The translations under genes were made by a program, and so were the position numbers. Of a DNA stretch of 64,000 nucleotides, positions 11,891 through 23,954 are shown in pieces. The stretch is from Camelus ferus (lineage: Eukaryota), in assembly GCF_009834535.1 (NCBI RefSeq), contig NC_045729.1, positions 7,998,001-8,062,000 on the forward strand, given 5' to 3'. The first letter of the stretch is position 1. Each line of letters starts with the position of its first letter. The notes below the pieces were generated by a model. It was not told where the DNA came from and made no database searches. It worked only from the letters and a program-made list of their open reading frames with translations.

Positions 11891-13917
11891 GTAGTTATCT
11901 TAGCGACGTCCCCCCAGGAAGGCAAGGTTAATGCAGAGATTAAAAGGGAGGGATGTGGTGAGGGAACTAACTCCAGGGTATTACTGTACAAATCAACTCA
12001 ACCAGATGCTTCAGTGATGCTCAGTACAAGTGAGGCACATAACTGTGTACTCAAACGTATACATGTGCCAGAGAGAGTATGAAAACCCGGGAGCCAGATT
12101 TACCTCTAGCCTAAGGACCAATTTCACTATTCCTTGGGGGATGTTCTGTAAGTGTCCTTAAAGCACTGTACATGTTCCTGACCTATCCTGAAGAATGCAT
12201 TGTGTCATTTAGTAATTACTCAAGTTTAACCATTGACTCATGGGAGTTATGCAAGGAGTGCGTGCTCATGCTTCTGTTTTTGTGAATGGTGTGTGGAAGA
12301 ATGGGTATCCTTGGAAGGGCAATTTTTTCACAGTGGCTGGAAATGACTCCCCATCTGGGCTCACCTTCTGTAAACTGGGCCTAAGTAAAGAAAAACCCAC
12401 TTTCTCTTACTTTCCTGGTGAACTCAGTGATTCCTTCTGCCCTGGAGTCACCTGATTAACCCATTTACACTAAAGTGTGAATGACTTAATGAGTGAGAGA
12501 AGTAGCTACTTGAAAAAAATGATTCTATAATATTTTCAAAAAATTTCTCACTGAGAGATAAGGAGATATTTGGGGGGAGAAAGATCTTCCTGTTGCCTCC
12601 AAAAGGGCAGATTAAAATGGGGGAAAACAGACCTTTGCCTACTCAAAAGACTAGTCTTCTCTGCTCTGCATGGAGCATGATATTGTTGGATGGTCCCACT
12701 TAGTCAACACCTGGAAGATTGCTTGAGCATAATTTGTATTTTTTCACCAAAAAATTATGTTCTCTTACCCGACTTCTGTTCTCCTACATTCACTGAATAC
12801 TTTTCTGTCTATTTGTCTATCTTTCACCTGTTCCTAATTTCGAGACCACTGGTGTGGAGCTGGCCACCAGGATACTTCGAGTTCTCTCCCCTGGACACCC
12901 GGAAAGCTTTGGGGCAGGACAGATTACTGTGAGGCTCACACCAGGCTCGTAGGAGGGAGAGCTGCACCGACTTGTGGTGGACTCCCTTGTACAACGATCC
13001 CCAGTGTTATTAAGAGTCACTATTTTTCCTTCCCTGATAAAAGTTGTTCTGTTACTTCTGCCAAGTGCCACTGAAAATTGTGGAACAACTTAAAAAGATA
13101 ACTTTCTCTGGCTTCTAAAAAGAAGCCCTCATTTCCCCAAAAAGTACATAGCATTTATTTTTGAAAGTGATCTATTCTTCACCCTGGATGTGGTTAATTT
13201 CTCTGGAAATATTTTGAAAATGTCATCAACGTTCCGACGACTGACACCACACTTCGTCAAGTAAAAAATATTTTGGAGTAATGGAATAAACACTGGGTAT
13301 ATTGAGTTCTATAGGCCAGGTTTTTCAATATTTTGGGAAAAAATGAACATTTTAGAATAGCAGAGAAATGTTTATAATATTCCATTTATGGATTTGGAAG
13401 TCAAATTTTTTTTTATATTTATGATATGGTTATTGAAGAATTAATTGTTTGAAGGAAAATGCACAGCAGATATTAAACAGCTTATTAAGTTTATTTTCTT
13501 CTAAATGCATAGGTATGCATTTGGCTCTAGTTCTTTCTCAAAGATAAACAAACATTATCCTTAATTACCAGTATTTAGTGAATGATGGAGATTTGTCTCA
13601 AGATGTTCAAAATGGTGCATGTTCTAAGCTGGCATCTTTATCCCACTCATACATGTTGTTTCCCCCATAGTTGTGAGTACCAACTATGACTGCTTGCTTT
13701 TCTGAAAGCATGAACATTGTAACTACTCCAATACATGGCCTTGGGCAAATGTTAAGCCTTTGCTTCTGGGGATGGCTTCAGGTTGGACTTTGGGTTGCTT
13801 AGGTTGGACTTTGGGTTGTTAGGAGAAGACAATTTGGAAGACTGTGTAGCAGCTAAACAGAATGTTTTTCCTAGGTTTGGCAGTCCCACTAGCATGCCAT
13901 GTGTTTTGACTTGCTTG

Positions 13918-14227
13918 ATCCAGGTCCTATGGTGGCCCTGAGCCACATGTGGCTATTGAGCACTTGAAATATGGCTCATCCTAATTGAGAGGTGTTGTAA
14001 GTGTGAAATCCATACTGGATTGCAAAGACTTAGTACTGACAGAAGAAAATAAAAAAATATCACTTATAATTTTTATATTGGTTACATGTTGGAATAACAT
14101 TTGGGGTATATTGGGTTAAAAGACATTATTAAAATGGATTCTACTTGTTTATTTGTGCCTGTCAACTGTGGCTCCCAAGAAATTTAAATTCCACATGCCT
14201 CACATTATATTTCTATTGGGAGCACTG
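13918..14227. mobile_element. hAT-Charlie MITE, MER33/MER3-like
   Basis: agccacatgtggctattgagcacttgaaatatggct ... cacattatatttctattgg matches recalled MER33 ends; about 310 nt. Confidence 0.75.
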
Positions 14228-14389
14228 GTCTTAGCAAGAGTAGTGAAAAAGCCCACTGCAAAGATTTATTTCCTTGTAAATTCTAAAAGTCAAAAAGTAC
14301 AGTGGCTGACATTTATTATTTGCTTGTGTGTATCAGACAAGGTGCTGAATATTTTTTAACTTGGTTTATCTCATGGATCTTCACCAAGG

Positions 14390-14540
14390 CAGGTCCTATT
14401 ACTACCATCACTTTACAGATGTGGAAGTTGAGGCATACAAAAGCTAAGTTTGTTGCTCAAGATGGCACAACTAACAGGGGGTGAAACCAAAACAAGAGTC
14501 CACTTTAACTTCAAGGCCTGTGTTCTTAACCATAATGCTA
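14390..14540 (-). mobile_element. MIR fragment
   Basis: MIR core catcactttacagatgtggaagttgaggca. Confidence 0.65.
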
Positions 14541-15419
14541 ATATTGACAGGTGAACAATTCTCTAAAATACCAGATACTCTCTGCAAAACAGTCTGATGG
14601 CAGAGTGGAAATATCTCACACTTTGAAGTTAAGAAGCCTGGTTTTGATGCTGGTTCTGCTCCTTATTATCAAAGTGATCTGATTTATCTTTACCTCTATG
14701 AGCCCCAAGGGTGTCCCCTATAAAGTGGAGAGAGATAGCACCCACAGCTGAGGAACATTCTGATGATTAACACGTGTGTGTGTGGAGTACTTAATGTACA
14801 GTGTATGTTCAGTAAGTGATAGCTTTTATTATGATGAAGTCCTAACACCAAAGCATCTCTCCAAAGGGTACCATGTGGGGAGAGAGAATGAATGAGTGGC
14901 AGGGATGCCTAAAGACAAAAAGACAGCATGCCTAACATCGTGGATAATTCCTTCTAACACTGCATGCCAGAATGGACCTCTCCACGTTGTCTTCCCAGAA
15001 CTGAACCACCTTCTGGAGTTCTCCAAATTGTGTGTTGGCCCAGGGAATTAGTTGACTCTACACAAGAGATAATTTTAGTCTAGACTAAACTATAACCTAA
15101 CTGGTTCACGATGGCTCTGCTTATTTAATTTATTTGACAGACATCTGTTAGCCTGTTTATACTACCATGAAAATGACGAAATTCCTATATTAGCTACACT
15201 CAGTTTGATACAACCTATATAAAACACTGGCCGGGGTTTCAAAGTATGTAAATAAATCGTACTTTAAATAAGAAAGAAAAAGAGGGTCTGTGCCCCTTGC
15301 ACCTCCTGGCTCCCCAAGATAAAAAAATGTCCTTGAATAATCGCTGCAATATGCATTTTCCATTGCTTTGGCTCGTGCCTGAAATTTGTAACGAATACTT
15401 GTGTTCTATTCACTCACAG

Positions 15420-15557
15420 CATCGGGTTCACACTATCCTGACGGCGGACCTAGTTATTGTGATGAAGCGAGGAAATATTTTAGAATATGACACTCCAGAA
15501 AGCCTCTTGGCCCAGGAAGATGGAGTATTTGCTTCTTTCGTTCGCGCAGACATGTGA
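15420..15557 (+). CDS. ABCC9: SUR2B-specific terminal exon coding part ([45 protein letters not shown])
   Basis: cacAG at 15418-15419. 45 codons plus TGA. The FVRADM* end is characteristic of SUR2B. The nine coding exons sum to 981 nt, i.e. 326 aa plus stop. Confidence 0.97.
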   Translation, partial: HRVHTILTADLVIVMKRGNILEYDTPESLLAQEDGVFASFVRADM

Positions 15558-15983
15558 AGGGATGTCTTCAAACCATACGTGTATTTAGCACAACACCGTC
15601 ATAATCTACTTTAATGGATCATGAGCTCAACCTTTGGAAAGTGGCATCTTAAACTTCGACACATTTTTGTAAAGTTTACTTGTTCTGTTGTGGGACTTTG
15701 TAACGAGTAATGATAACACTTTATCAGCTAATATTGTGTTTTCTGTGTTGACATCTCTTCTTCCTGGTTTCTTTGTTTTGTTTTCCAAGCTATTATTGCT
15801 TCATACGCTCGTTACTGATGTTTTTCTGGTGATTAAGCCATATTACCTTTAAAAATAACAGGTTGTATTAAAACATGTAAGCTCCTGTATGTGGTAAATC
15901 AACAGCTATATTTAAGTCTGAAATAGCTCTCAGGCGTGGAAGTTACAGTGAGGATTCAGTATTATTACGCTCTTCTTTGTGAG

Positions 15984-15989
15984 AATAAA
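15984..15989 (+). terminator. ABCC9: Candidate proximal ABCC9 poly(A) signal AATAAA
   Basis: AATAAA about 430 nt after the SUR2B stop, followed by a U/GU-rich tract (ttttctttgtgttggtgt). Confidence 0.35.
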
Positions 15990-16756
15990 ATTTTCTTTGT
16001 GTTGGTGTCTCCAGATGTTGGAAGAAATTAAAAAGAGGACAGGTTTTCCTAATCAGTTAGAAAATGAACCCCTAAAATTCATGATCTACTATCTGAGACT
16101 TTTTTCTGTACTCATTACCATTAGTAACACAGATGTTTCTTTATTGGTTTCTTTTTTTCCATCTAAATTGTTTCCAGTCACCAACAGGTTGTCATATTTT
16201 TAATAACTCTGTAAAGCCAAAACCTTAACTAGAAAGATCATAAAAAGAGTTTGAAAAATTTGAAAAATGACACCAAAGTTTCCACTTGTTCCCTGTCTAG
16301 TAGGAGCAGGGGTCTTAAGATACCAGGTATAATGTGCCTTTTCCAGACTGAAGTTCAGAAAGTAATTAGGTTTAGTCCTGCAGTGGCAGGACAGCTTCAG
16401 CTTTCCATGATTTAATCATTAGATGTGGTTATGATCCTCAAGCCCTGCAATTCCACATTTTTTCAAGATTCAGGAACATAGGCAAGTGGCCTTATTTTCA
16501 CAAAATACACGTATACATACATACATGAATATACATATGTAGGTATGTATATATTAAAAACATGTTTATTTCTAGGAGGAAGAGGGTATCTTTTAGACAT
16601 TTATTTCCATTGGTGTCATACATGTATACATTTGCTCCTGCTCTCATTTTAATGTACATGTAAAAGGTGTATCAAAATTTTATTCTAATTTTAATGTGCA
16701 TGTTAAGAGTACGTCAGAATTTATGGGATATTAGTGTTATGCTTTGCTTGAATATA

Positions 16757-16762
16757 AATAAA
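16757..16762 (+). terminator. ABCC9: Candidate ABCC9 poly(A) signal AATAAA
   Basis: Hexamer in AT-rich 3'UTR-like sequence. Usage cannot be shown from sequence. Confidence 0.3.
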
Positions 16763-18098
16763 GTCAAAAAATACTCAAAAGTCATGCTAGCAGCCAAAGC
16801 TTTCTACTGCAATTCTATGCCCATCTGGTAAATATCATTGATTTTCATGTGAGGATTCATGTGCTTGTAAGATTTTTGAAGAATTACAGGTTGATGGAAA
16901 ATGACAATATACAGTCCCTTCCTGTAGTTCTTGTCTTCAGTTTATTGTATTGTATATTCATACTTGGAAAATCTGTAATGTTTGTGTATCCAGAACTTAG
17001 GACTGGGCTGGCACCTGAATATAGAGTCCTGACATTTACCTAAAATAAGTTTCACAAAGATGGACAAAAGTGTTCCTCGTTATTTAGCTTGAATTGTCAC
17101 CTTTTGTAGTATATATATAAACTGCACTGGGAAAAAATTCCTCATATTGTTTCCTGAAAGCAAAACAGAACAAAATCAGTAACTATTGATTTGATCTTGA
17201 AAATATTTCCTAAACAATCCACCCATCTCCTGGAAGTATTTCTGCTATGCAAATGCTTTGTAAGGCTAAATTTACACGATGCTTAGTCCCAAGTTATTCC
17301 TCACTCTTACAGAGAAATGGGGATTTACCCTTAGAAATAATCCCTCACAATATTTGTAAAGTATACTGCTAACGTAATGTCAGCAGAAGCATATCTAACT
17401 CTGCTAAACAGGAAATCACACCACTTTTACACCTAAATGGTTACTGGTTCCCATATAACCTGTAGTCACTGAAGTTGAGTGTTTAATTATTTACAAAACT
17501 AAATTGAGTCAAATTTCAAGGATGATTTTTTAAATTGTTTAATCACTTGTGTTATACACATGATCTTTGAATCTAGACATGACTCATCTTGAAATATGTT
17601 TTTACTAAATAGATGCATATTTATAGAAGACCAGCCTTTCCCAAATCAAATTTCATATTCACAAATTTACATCTAAATTCACCAAATCAGTTTTACCAAT
17701 TGTAACTCCTTAATATTCGTTAAAAGCAGTAAGTACATTAAGCTTTATGTGAAAATAGCAAGGTTACTGATAATGTTGAGAGAGAAATAATACTCCTCTT
17801 AAAGGATTGTGCATCCTCTACTTTCATGCTCTTCCTCATGATCAATTCAAAAGTCAACTTCACTCTGGATTAGATACCAGAAGGCCCCTCTGAGTAACTG
17901 ATACTTGATGTCCGGGACCACGTCCTGTTTGTCTCTGTGCCCTTGGCTTATAACACAAGTGCCTGGACCACAGCAGGCCCCAATAAGTGTAGTTGATTGA
18001 TCCATTGATCAATTTCACCACTAGCCACGTGCCTGTAACTCTTCGTTTTCTGTGTTATGTTTATCCTACTGTAAAAATACATTGCTTTGGTGTTGTAT

Positions 18099-18104
18099 AA
18101 TAAA
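18099..18104 (+). terminator. ABCC9: Candidate distal ABCC9 poly(A) signal AATAAA
   Basis: Hexamer followed by ttactctttttgtttg, with TGTA motifs upstream. Confidence 0.35.
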
Positions 18105-21100
18105 TTACTCTTTTTGTTTGCTCGATTAAAAAGGGTGATCATTCTTCCACTTATAATACCATTCATTGGATATCAATCAGGACTGATCAATAGATGTGAA
18201 TTAACACCAGTTGACAAGGCAATATCTGATCATCCTTTGACAATTTTGTTTCACACCTGCCACAGCCATGCACTTCATTAGTTTTATATAGAGGGTCTAG
18301 GGAAGTTTCCATCAAGTGGAAAAGTTATATCATTAAATTTTATTACATCTCTAGTAGCTGGATGTCTGGACTTTTTCCGAAGGTTTATTGATCAGTTCTT
18401 ATGGTTGTCTTCCAATATATCTCTTGTCACTTATTTGGTGCTACATTCTTTGGAGCTCTGTGACTTACACTACTATGATAATTCCCTTATGAACCCATTA
18501 TCCAGAGTTAAGTGCAATCTTCTCATCTTAAACCTTTTAGCATAAGAAACAGTAGCCAAGAGGCTGTATCCTGTAACTTAAGCTGAATTTTTTCTTTAGT
18601 AACTACACATCATTTACAACAGGTTTGCTCAAGCATTGGTGAGGTTCACCTAGCTCAAACTCTTCTGTGACAAGGCTTGTAGATGTATTTCTAGCAAGTG
18701 CCTCTAGGTAAGATTTATAATTGGCCAAGTTTGGGAGTCACTGATCTACCCCAGTCACCACCCTCTTTTCTTTTTATTACACATAACATGCTTGTGGAAG
18801 GTGATCTCCGCATGCTTCCTGTCTTTGCCGTGGTTAACCTATCCTGGACTTCCAGAACACGTCTCTCCGTGTCATTGGATGAATTGCCTTAGTTCCATCA
18901 TAAGGGAAACGTAGTGAAATGAACTGAAACTTGGCTGAGAAGATAGAAACAGGGACTCTGAATGTTATTTTTATTTTGTTTTGTGGTTTAATTAGCAATA
19001 TGCGATCTAAGGGAAAAGTTTCTCACCAAGATGCAAAGCTTTTCTCCCCTACATCTGAATTACCTGTTTAATCATTTGCACATTGCTCTGCTGAATTTGA
19101 ATTCATATTTTCAAACGTTCATAGTGTGTAAATGTGACCAGTTTAGGGAGGTTTCACTATCAATATTTCACAAGATGGAAGGAAGGCAGATTGCCTGTGA
19201 CAGTGATTCCCCATTCCACCTTCACATTTTTCCTATAGGTAACATCATTGCTGACATACGAAAGCTGATAGATTCGTTCTACATATGCACTCCATGGGAT
19301 TTAAATTATTGCTTTTTCTATGGGCTGTAGCTAATTTCCCTTCCCTAGGCATTCATCCTACGATCACCAATGCCCTGTTTCTAAATTGACAAAGATTAAG
19401 GGAGTCATACCTCGCTAAAAATGTTAACTGGCTGGAAGAAGAATGCCTTCTGGGATCTCAGTGCCACCAACCATCACAGACCATCTTCAAATATATACAA
19501 TATATTAATGGCAAAGAACTGTTTTCAGACGATTGATTTTTTTCACTTCATCTGTCCCTTGCATAAAATAGATAACTTGTTCCTATAAAAGCAACAGTGC
19601 AACACAGGTTAATGCTGCTTCACTCTCATTTTTCTCTTAGCGAGGGCTACAGTATGTGCTATTTATACACGTTATCAGTTTTTATGAAGGGAAAGACTAT
19701 TGACCTTTAATATTATCAGAACCAAGTGAATTTAGGCCAACTGTTCCATATCTAAGTATTTGTACTTTGACTCATAGTAGTTGGAGCTTTATTCCAAGAC
19801 TAGGTAAGTAAAGAGCAATTTTTTTAAATTCTTAATCTCTTTCAGATACCCGAAATGTTCATTAATCCTTTGATAGACATACACAGAATCCTCCACAGTT
19901 TCAATCCAAAGAAGTGTACTAGGAACCTTCTTTCACACGTTATTTCTCCACTTCTCTGTCCTGACCTCTCAGTACACGTGGGTGTCCCCCACCACCCCAA
20001 GCACACATACGAGTGTATATATTCACATCTATCTTAACTTGCTGCCTTAAAGATGTATATAGTTGCTATGAATTTTTACAACATATATTAACACAATGCA
20101 TAGATAAGTCAAGTACAAGTGCTTAGAACGGACGTCCTAAAGAGATCCTTACAATTGCAAAATTTTTCAAATGTATCTTCCAGAGACAAAGTCACCTTAG
20201 GAAGAAATTTCACTTCTTGATAAGTCATAAAATGTATTTCCGATGATAGGAAGTTCAACCCACTTTTTCTACCAGTTTTTAAGATAACAGTGGCAACACT
20301 TTGCTGGGTTACTGTGAGCAGGTTCTTTTTAGTCCGACAAAGGGATGATAGTAATTGTTAAGAAAGGTAGTGAACTGGGCATTTTTGAAAGGTGGTTGTC
20401 CCACTACTAGAGGAGGCTGCCTGAGCATCAACTTTGGTTATTTCATCTTGATTGATAATCTGTTGACTATCTGCTAAGTGTCACCTTTGTGTAACAAAGT
20501 GTGAGTCAGAGAGATCATTTGTCAGGGAGTACAAAGTTTTCTAGTATATGAAAAACAGTATAAAATCTTCTGAAAGAACTACCTTTATTGTCCTTATTTT
20601 ACAGATGAGAAAACTGAGGCTAGTATTTAAATGAATTACCCCCAAATCATTGATTGAAAATCTGTCTGAATCCAGAGATGGCACTTTTAAAACATGAAGG
20701 GATGGGAGTAGAGAGACAGGGGTGCTACTGACAGGATGCTTGTGCACTGGAATCTAGGAAATGCAGACCTATTGGATGTCAGGGACAGTGAGGACTGGGC
20801 CAAGTTCAGGCACCGTCCACTCCCTAATTCTCTTTCTCTGTCTTCGCGGCTCCCTTCTGCCCTTCTGTGTGGCCTTTTCCATCCCTCTGTCTACTCCGCT
20901 CTCATCTGGCCGGTGCAGCCTCTATGACCCACTCCTCTCTCAGATGAAATCTTGGAGCGCCCGGATCCACAACCATCTCCATTTCTCAGACTGTCAATTT
21001 CCAAGTATCAACATCTGCTTTGTTAAGCTCATCTTTTTATCTTACGTGTGACTGAACAAATCTGCATTACCTCACTGTGGGTTAAGGATCCACCTCTGGC

Positions 21101-22219
21101 CTAAAAAGCTGTGGCCAGAAGGTATAAGCCAATTGGAAGTCATGTCTTCTGCTGAGAAGAATTTAACACATCTGGAGAGTGACATGAAAACAAGAATATG
21201 AACTCAAGTCACAACCAGTAGTTCCAGAAAAAGAGTGATGAGACTGCACTGGCTACTGGCTGTCTTCCTTTGGGGGGGAAAAAAAGGGGGAATTTGGAGA
21301 GAGGAAGAACAGTCACATGAGCACGAGAGTGAGGTCGTTGACTAAACTCTTGGGCATTCTTCATGTGTTCCCACACCTACCTTTGCACCAGAGAGAGGGA
21401 AAGTCCAAAAGGAGGACGTAATTTTCTTTAAAAATAGAAAACAAGACAAAATCTCCTGTCATAAGCAATTACCTCCAAGTCTTGACTTTGGAGCCCAAGT
21501 TTTATTTCCCTGTGGGAATGGCTGCGTAACACATAGCCTGTGGAACTTCTTTTTCACAGCCAACCATTCAAAATGAGCAGTAACACTCACCTGGGGTTGC
21601 ACCATCCCACTCATGTAAGGAGTCTCAACCCATATGGCAATCACAAGCATACTTTAGAGAGGCACCCCCCAATTCTCCCAGAGACCTATCACTTCAATTT
21701 CTAAGTGCCAAGCACTTGGTCCAGGCACTGAACTTGCTGTCGCCTTGGTGAACGGGCAAGAGAAAGTGGCAAAAGGCAGATTTGGGGTGACAAAAGTTCA
21801 CCTGAAAATAGGAGCTTCTTTTCTTTGTTCCCACTTGACTGAACTTCCAGCGTATATTAGATGCAGTAAAATTTTATATTGGAAACACAAGGCATCTAGG
21901 CTTTTGGCCAAAAACGTAGGGAAAAAATTAGCAAGCCTTAATATTTCATGGGAAATTCTTGGCTTAAATAATATTTTAATAACGCTTAGCTACGTGTGCC
22001 AATAAAGCCTAGAGATGACATAATGATTTATGATTTAAATATCATATAATCTCGGTAATGTCTAGTACCGTCTTGTATTAAACATGAGAGAGCAAATACC
22101 CGGTGAGGGAGCTGGGTGAGGAAGCGGCAAAGAACAGAGGAGTAATGCGAAATCAATGCAGGTATCAGGAGAGTGCAGACTGCCTAAATCATCTTATTAA
22201 AAATCTGGTGAAAGTATAA

Positions 22220-22420
22220 TAATAGCTAACATATACGGAGAAGATGGGCTATGAGCCTCACAAGGAGAATCTCATTTAATCTTGACAAACATTCTGTGAG
22301 GTAAGCATTATTATCCCCATTATAGAGCTGAGTTTCAGACTGGCTTACTTGCTGAAGATTTAGCAGAACTGAGATGCAAATCCAGGCAATCTGACTTCAA
22401 AGCTCACACTCATAGCCATA
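22220..22420 (-). mobile_element. MIR fragment
   Basis: tcatttaatcttgacaaacattctgtgaggtaagcattattatccccattatagag and ctgagatgcaaatccaggcaatctgacttcaaagctc. Confidence 0.7.
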
Positions 22421-22457
22421 GTGTTGCACTAGACTAATGACTAAGTTAGGGAATCAG

Positions 22458-22560
22458 GGCAGGGAGGGTACAGCTCAGTGGTAGAGCACATGCTTAGCAT
22501 GCACGAGGTCCTGGGTTCAATCCCCAGTGCCTCCATTAAAAAAATAAAAGTAATTTTAAA
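22458..22560 (+). mobile_element. tRNA-Ala-derived SINE, close to consensus
   Basis: Near-complete tRNA-Ala head and A tail. Degenerate TSD aagttagggaatcag / aaattagtgaaccaa. Confidence 0.92.
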
Positions 22561-23249
22561 AATTAGTGAACCAAGTAAGTTCTCCTGGGAATAAATGATT
22601 TATATGATATGTGATATATGATAAAAAAATGGTTATGTCAGTCTATGTAGAACTATGAAGACCTGAGTTCTCGCCTTGGTTCTATCATATATTGAATGAA
22701 TGACCTTGGACTTACCATTGAAAGCCTGAGTTTCCATTTCCTCATTTGCAAAAAGGGGAACAAGAAAGCATGATGGAGGAAGGCAGCCACTGCCTGTTGA
22801 CCTCACTGGGTTTTTGTGAACCTCAAATTAAATGATGGGGAAAGAATTTCATGATTTGAAGAGCACATTCTGATATGAAATATTAGCATTGAGGACCCAC
22901 TACATATGCCACATCTTAGTAGTATTACAGGGATTTTTTTTTTAAGAACAAAAATAAGCTTTTTCCTTCTTAAAAAGTTTGATAGGAATTCCAATTTTAC
23001 AATGGTGAGATGATACATTCAAGTTGAAATATTATAGAACAATGGCTCCAGAATACTGATATCCTTGAGGTTGGAAAAGGTGAATGCAAAATCAGTCTGC
23101 TGGGGGTCGAACCTAGCTCCCCTGGGGAGGAGAAAAAAATCAATTAAATTAACTCACATTCAAAATTAAAACCACTAGGATAGGAATCAAGAGACACAAT
23201 GAATAAGAGTATTTGCACAAGAACTAGAAATAATAAAACAATCTGTAAG

Positions 23250-23950
23250 AGATTTTTAAATATGTATATTTGCCAAAAGGGAAGTGAAAACGTACTCAAT
23301 ATCATTCTTTGTCAGGAATGCAAATAAAAATTGCAAATTAAAAACAGCCACCTACCCACTAAAATGACTAAAACCACAAAGATTGACAATACCAAGTGTT
23401 GGTGAAGGTGGAACTCTACACTGTTGAAGTGTGAATGCATAACAGTAGGGAAAGCTGGCTGTTTTCACTAAGGCTAAATATGTCCCTTTAACAGGACTCA
23501 ACATTTCCATTCCTGGGCACTAGAGAAATGAGTCCGTGAAAAGACTTGTACTGAAATGTTCAGAGTAGCTTTATTCAGTAAGAATCAAAACAAAAACAAA
23601 AACAGCCCCAAATGCCCATCAACAGGAGGATGGCTAAATAAACAGTGGCTGAATCACACAATGAAATACTATTACTGGTATACGAAACGATATGGCCACA
23701 GCCCACAAACATTACGGTGCGGGAAAGAAGACAGATAGCACACGGCGTCTTTATACATGATTCCATGTATCCCACGCTCAGCAACAAGCAAAACAAACTG
23801 ATAACAAAATAAGTTATAACAGAGTTAGCTCTGGTGGGGAGCAATGAGGGTCTGGGAAGGGGCAGAGGAGGAAATTTTCTAGGGTGATAGACATGTTTTA
23901 TGTCTTGATCCGTGATCTGTATGGCAGCTACATAGTTGTATACAGAGGTC
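23250..23950 (+). mobile_element. Old L1M (L1MC/ME-like) 3' region
   Basis: gacaataccaagtgttggtgaagg, aaatgcccatcaacaggaggatggctaaataaacagtgg and similar are typical old L1 3' sequence. Confidence 0.7.
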
Positions 23951-23954
23951 TTTA

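Noticed and set aside
16512-16551. Palindromic stem in the ABCC9 3'UTR
   Set aside because: Arises from self-complementary (TACA/TA)n simple repeats.
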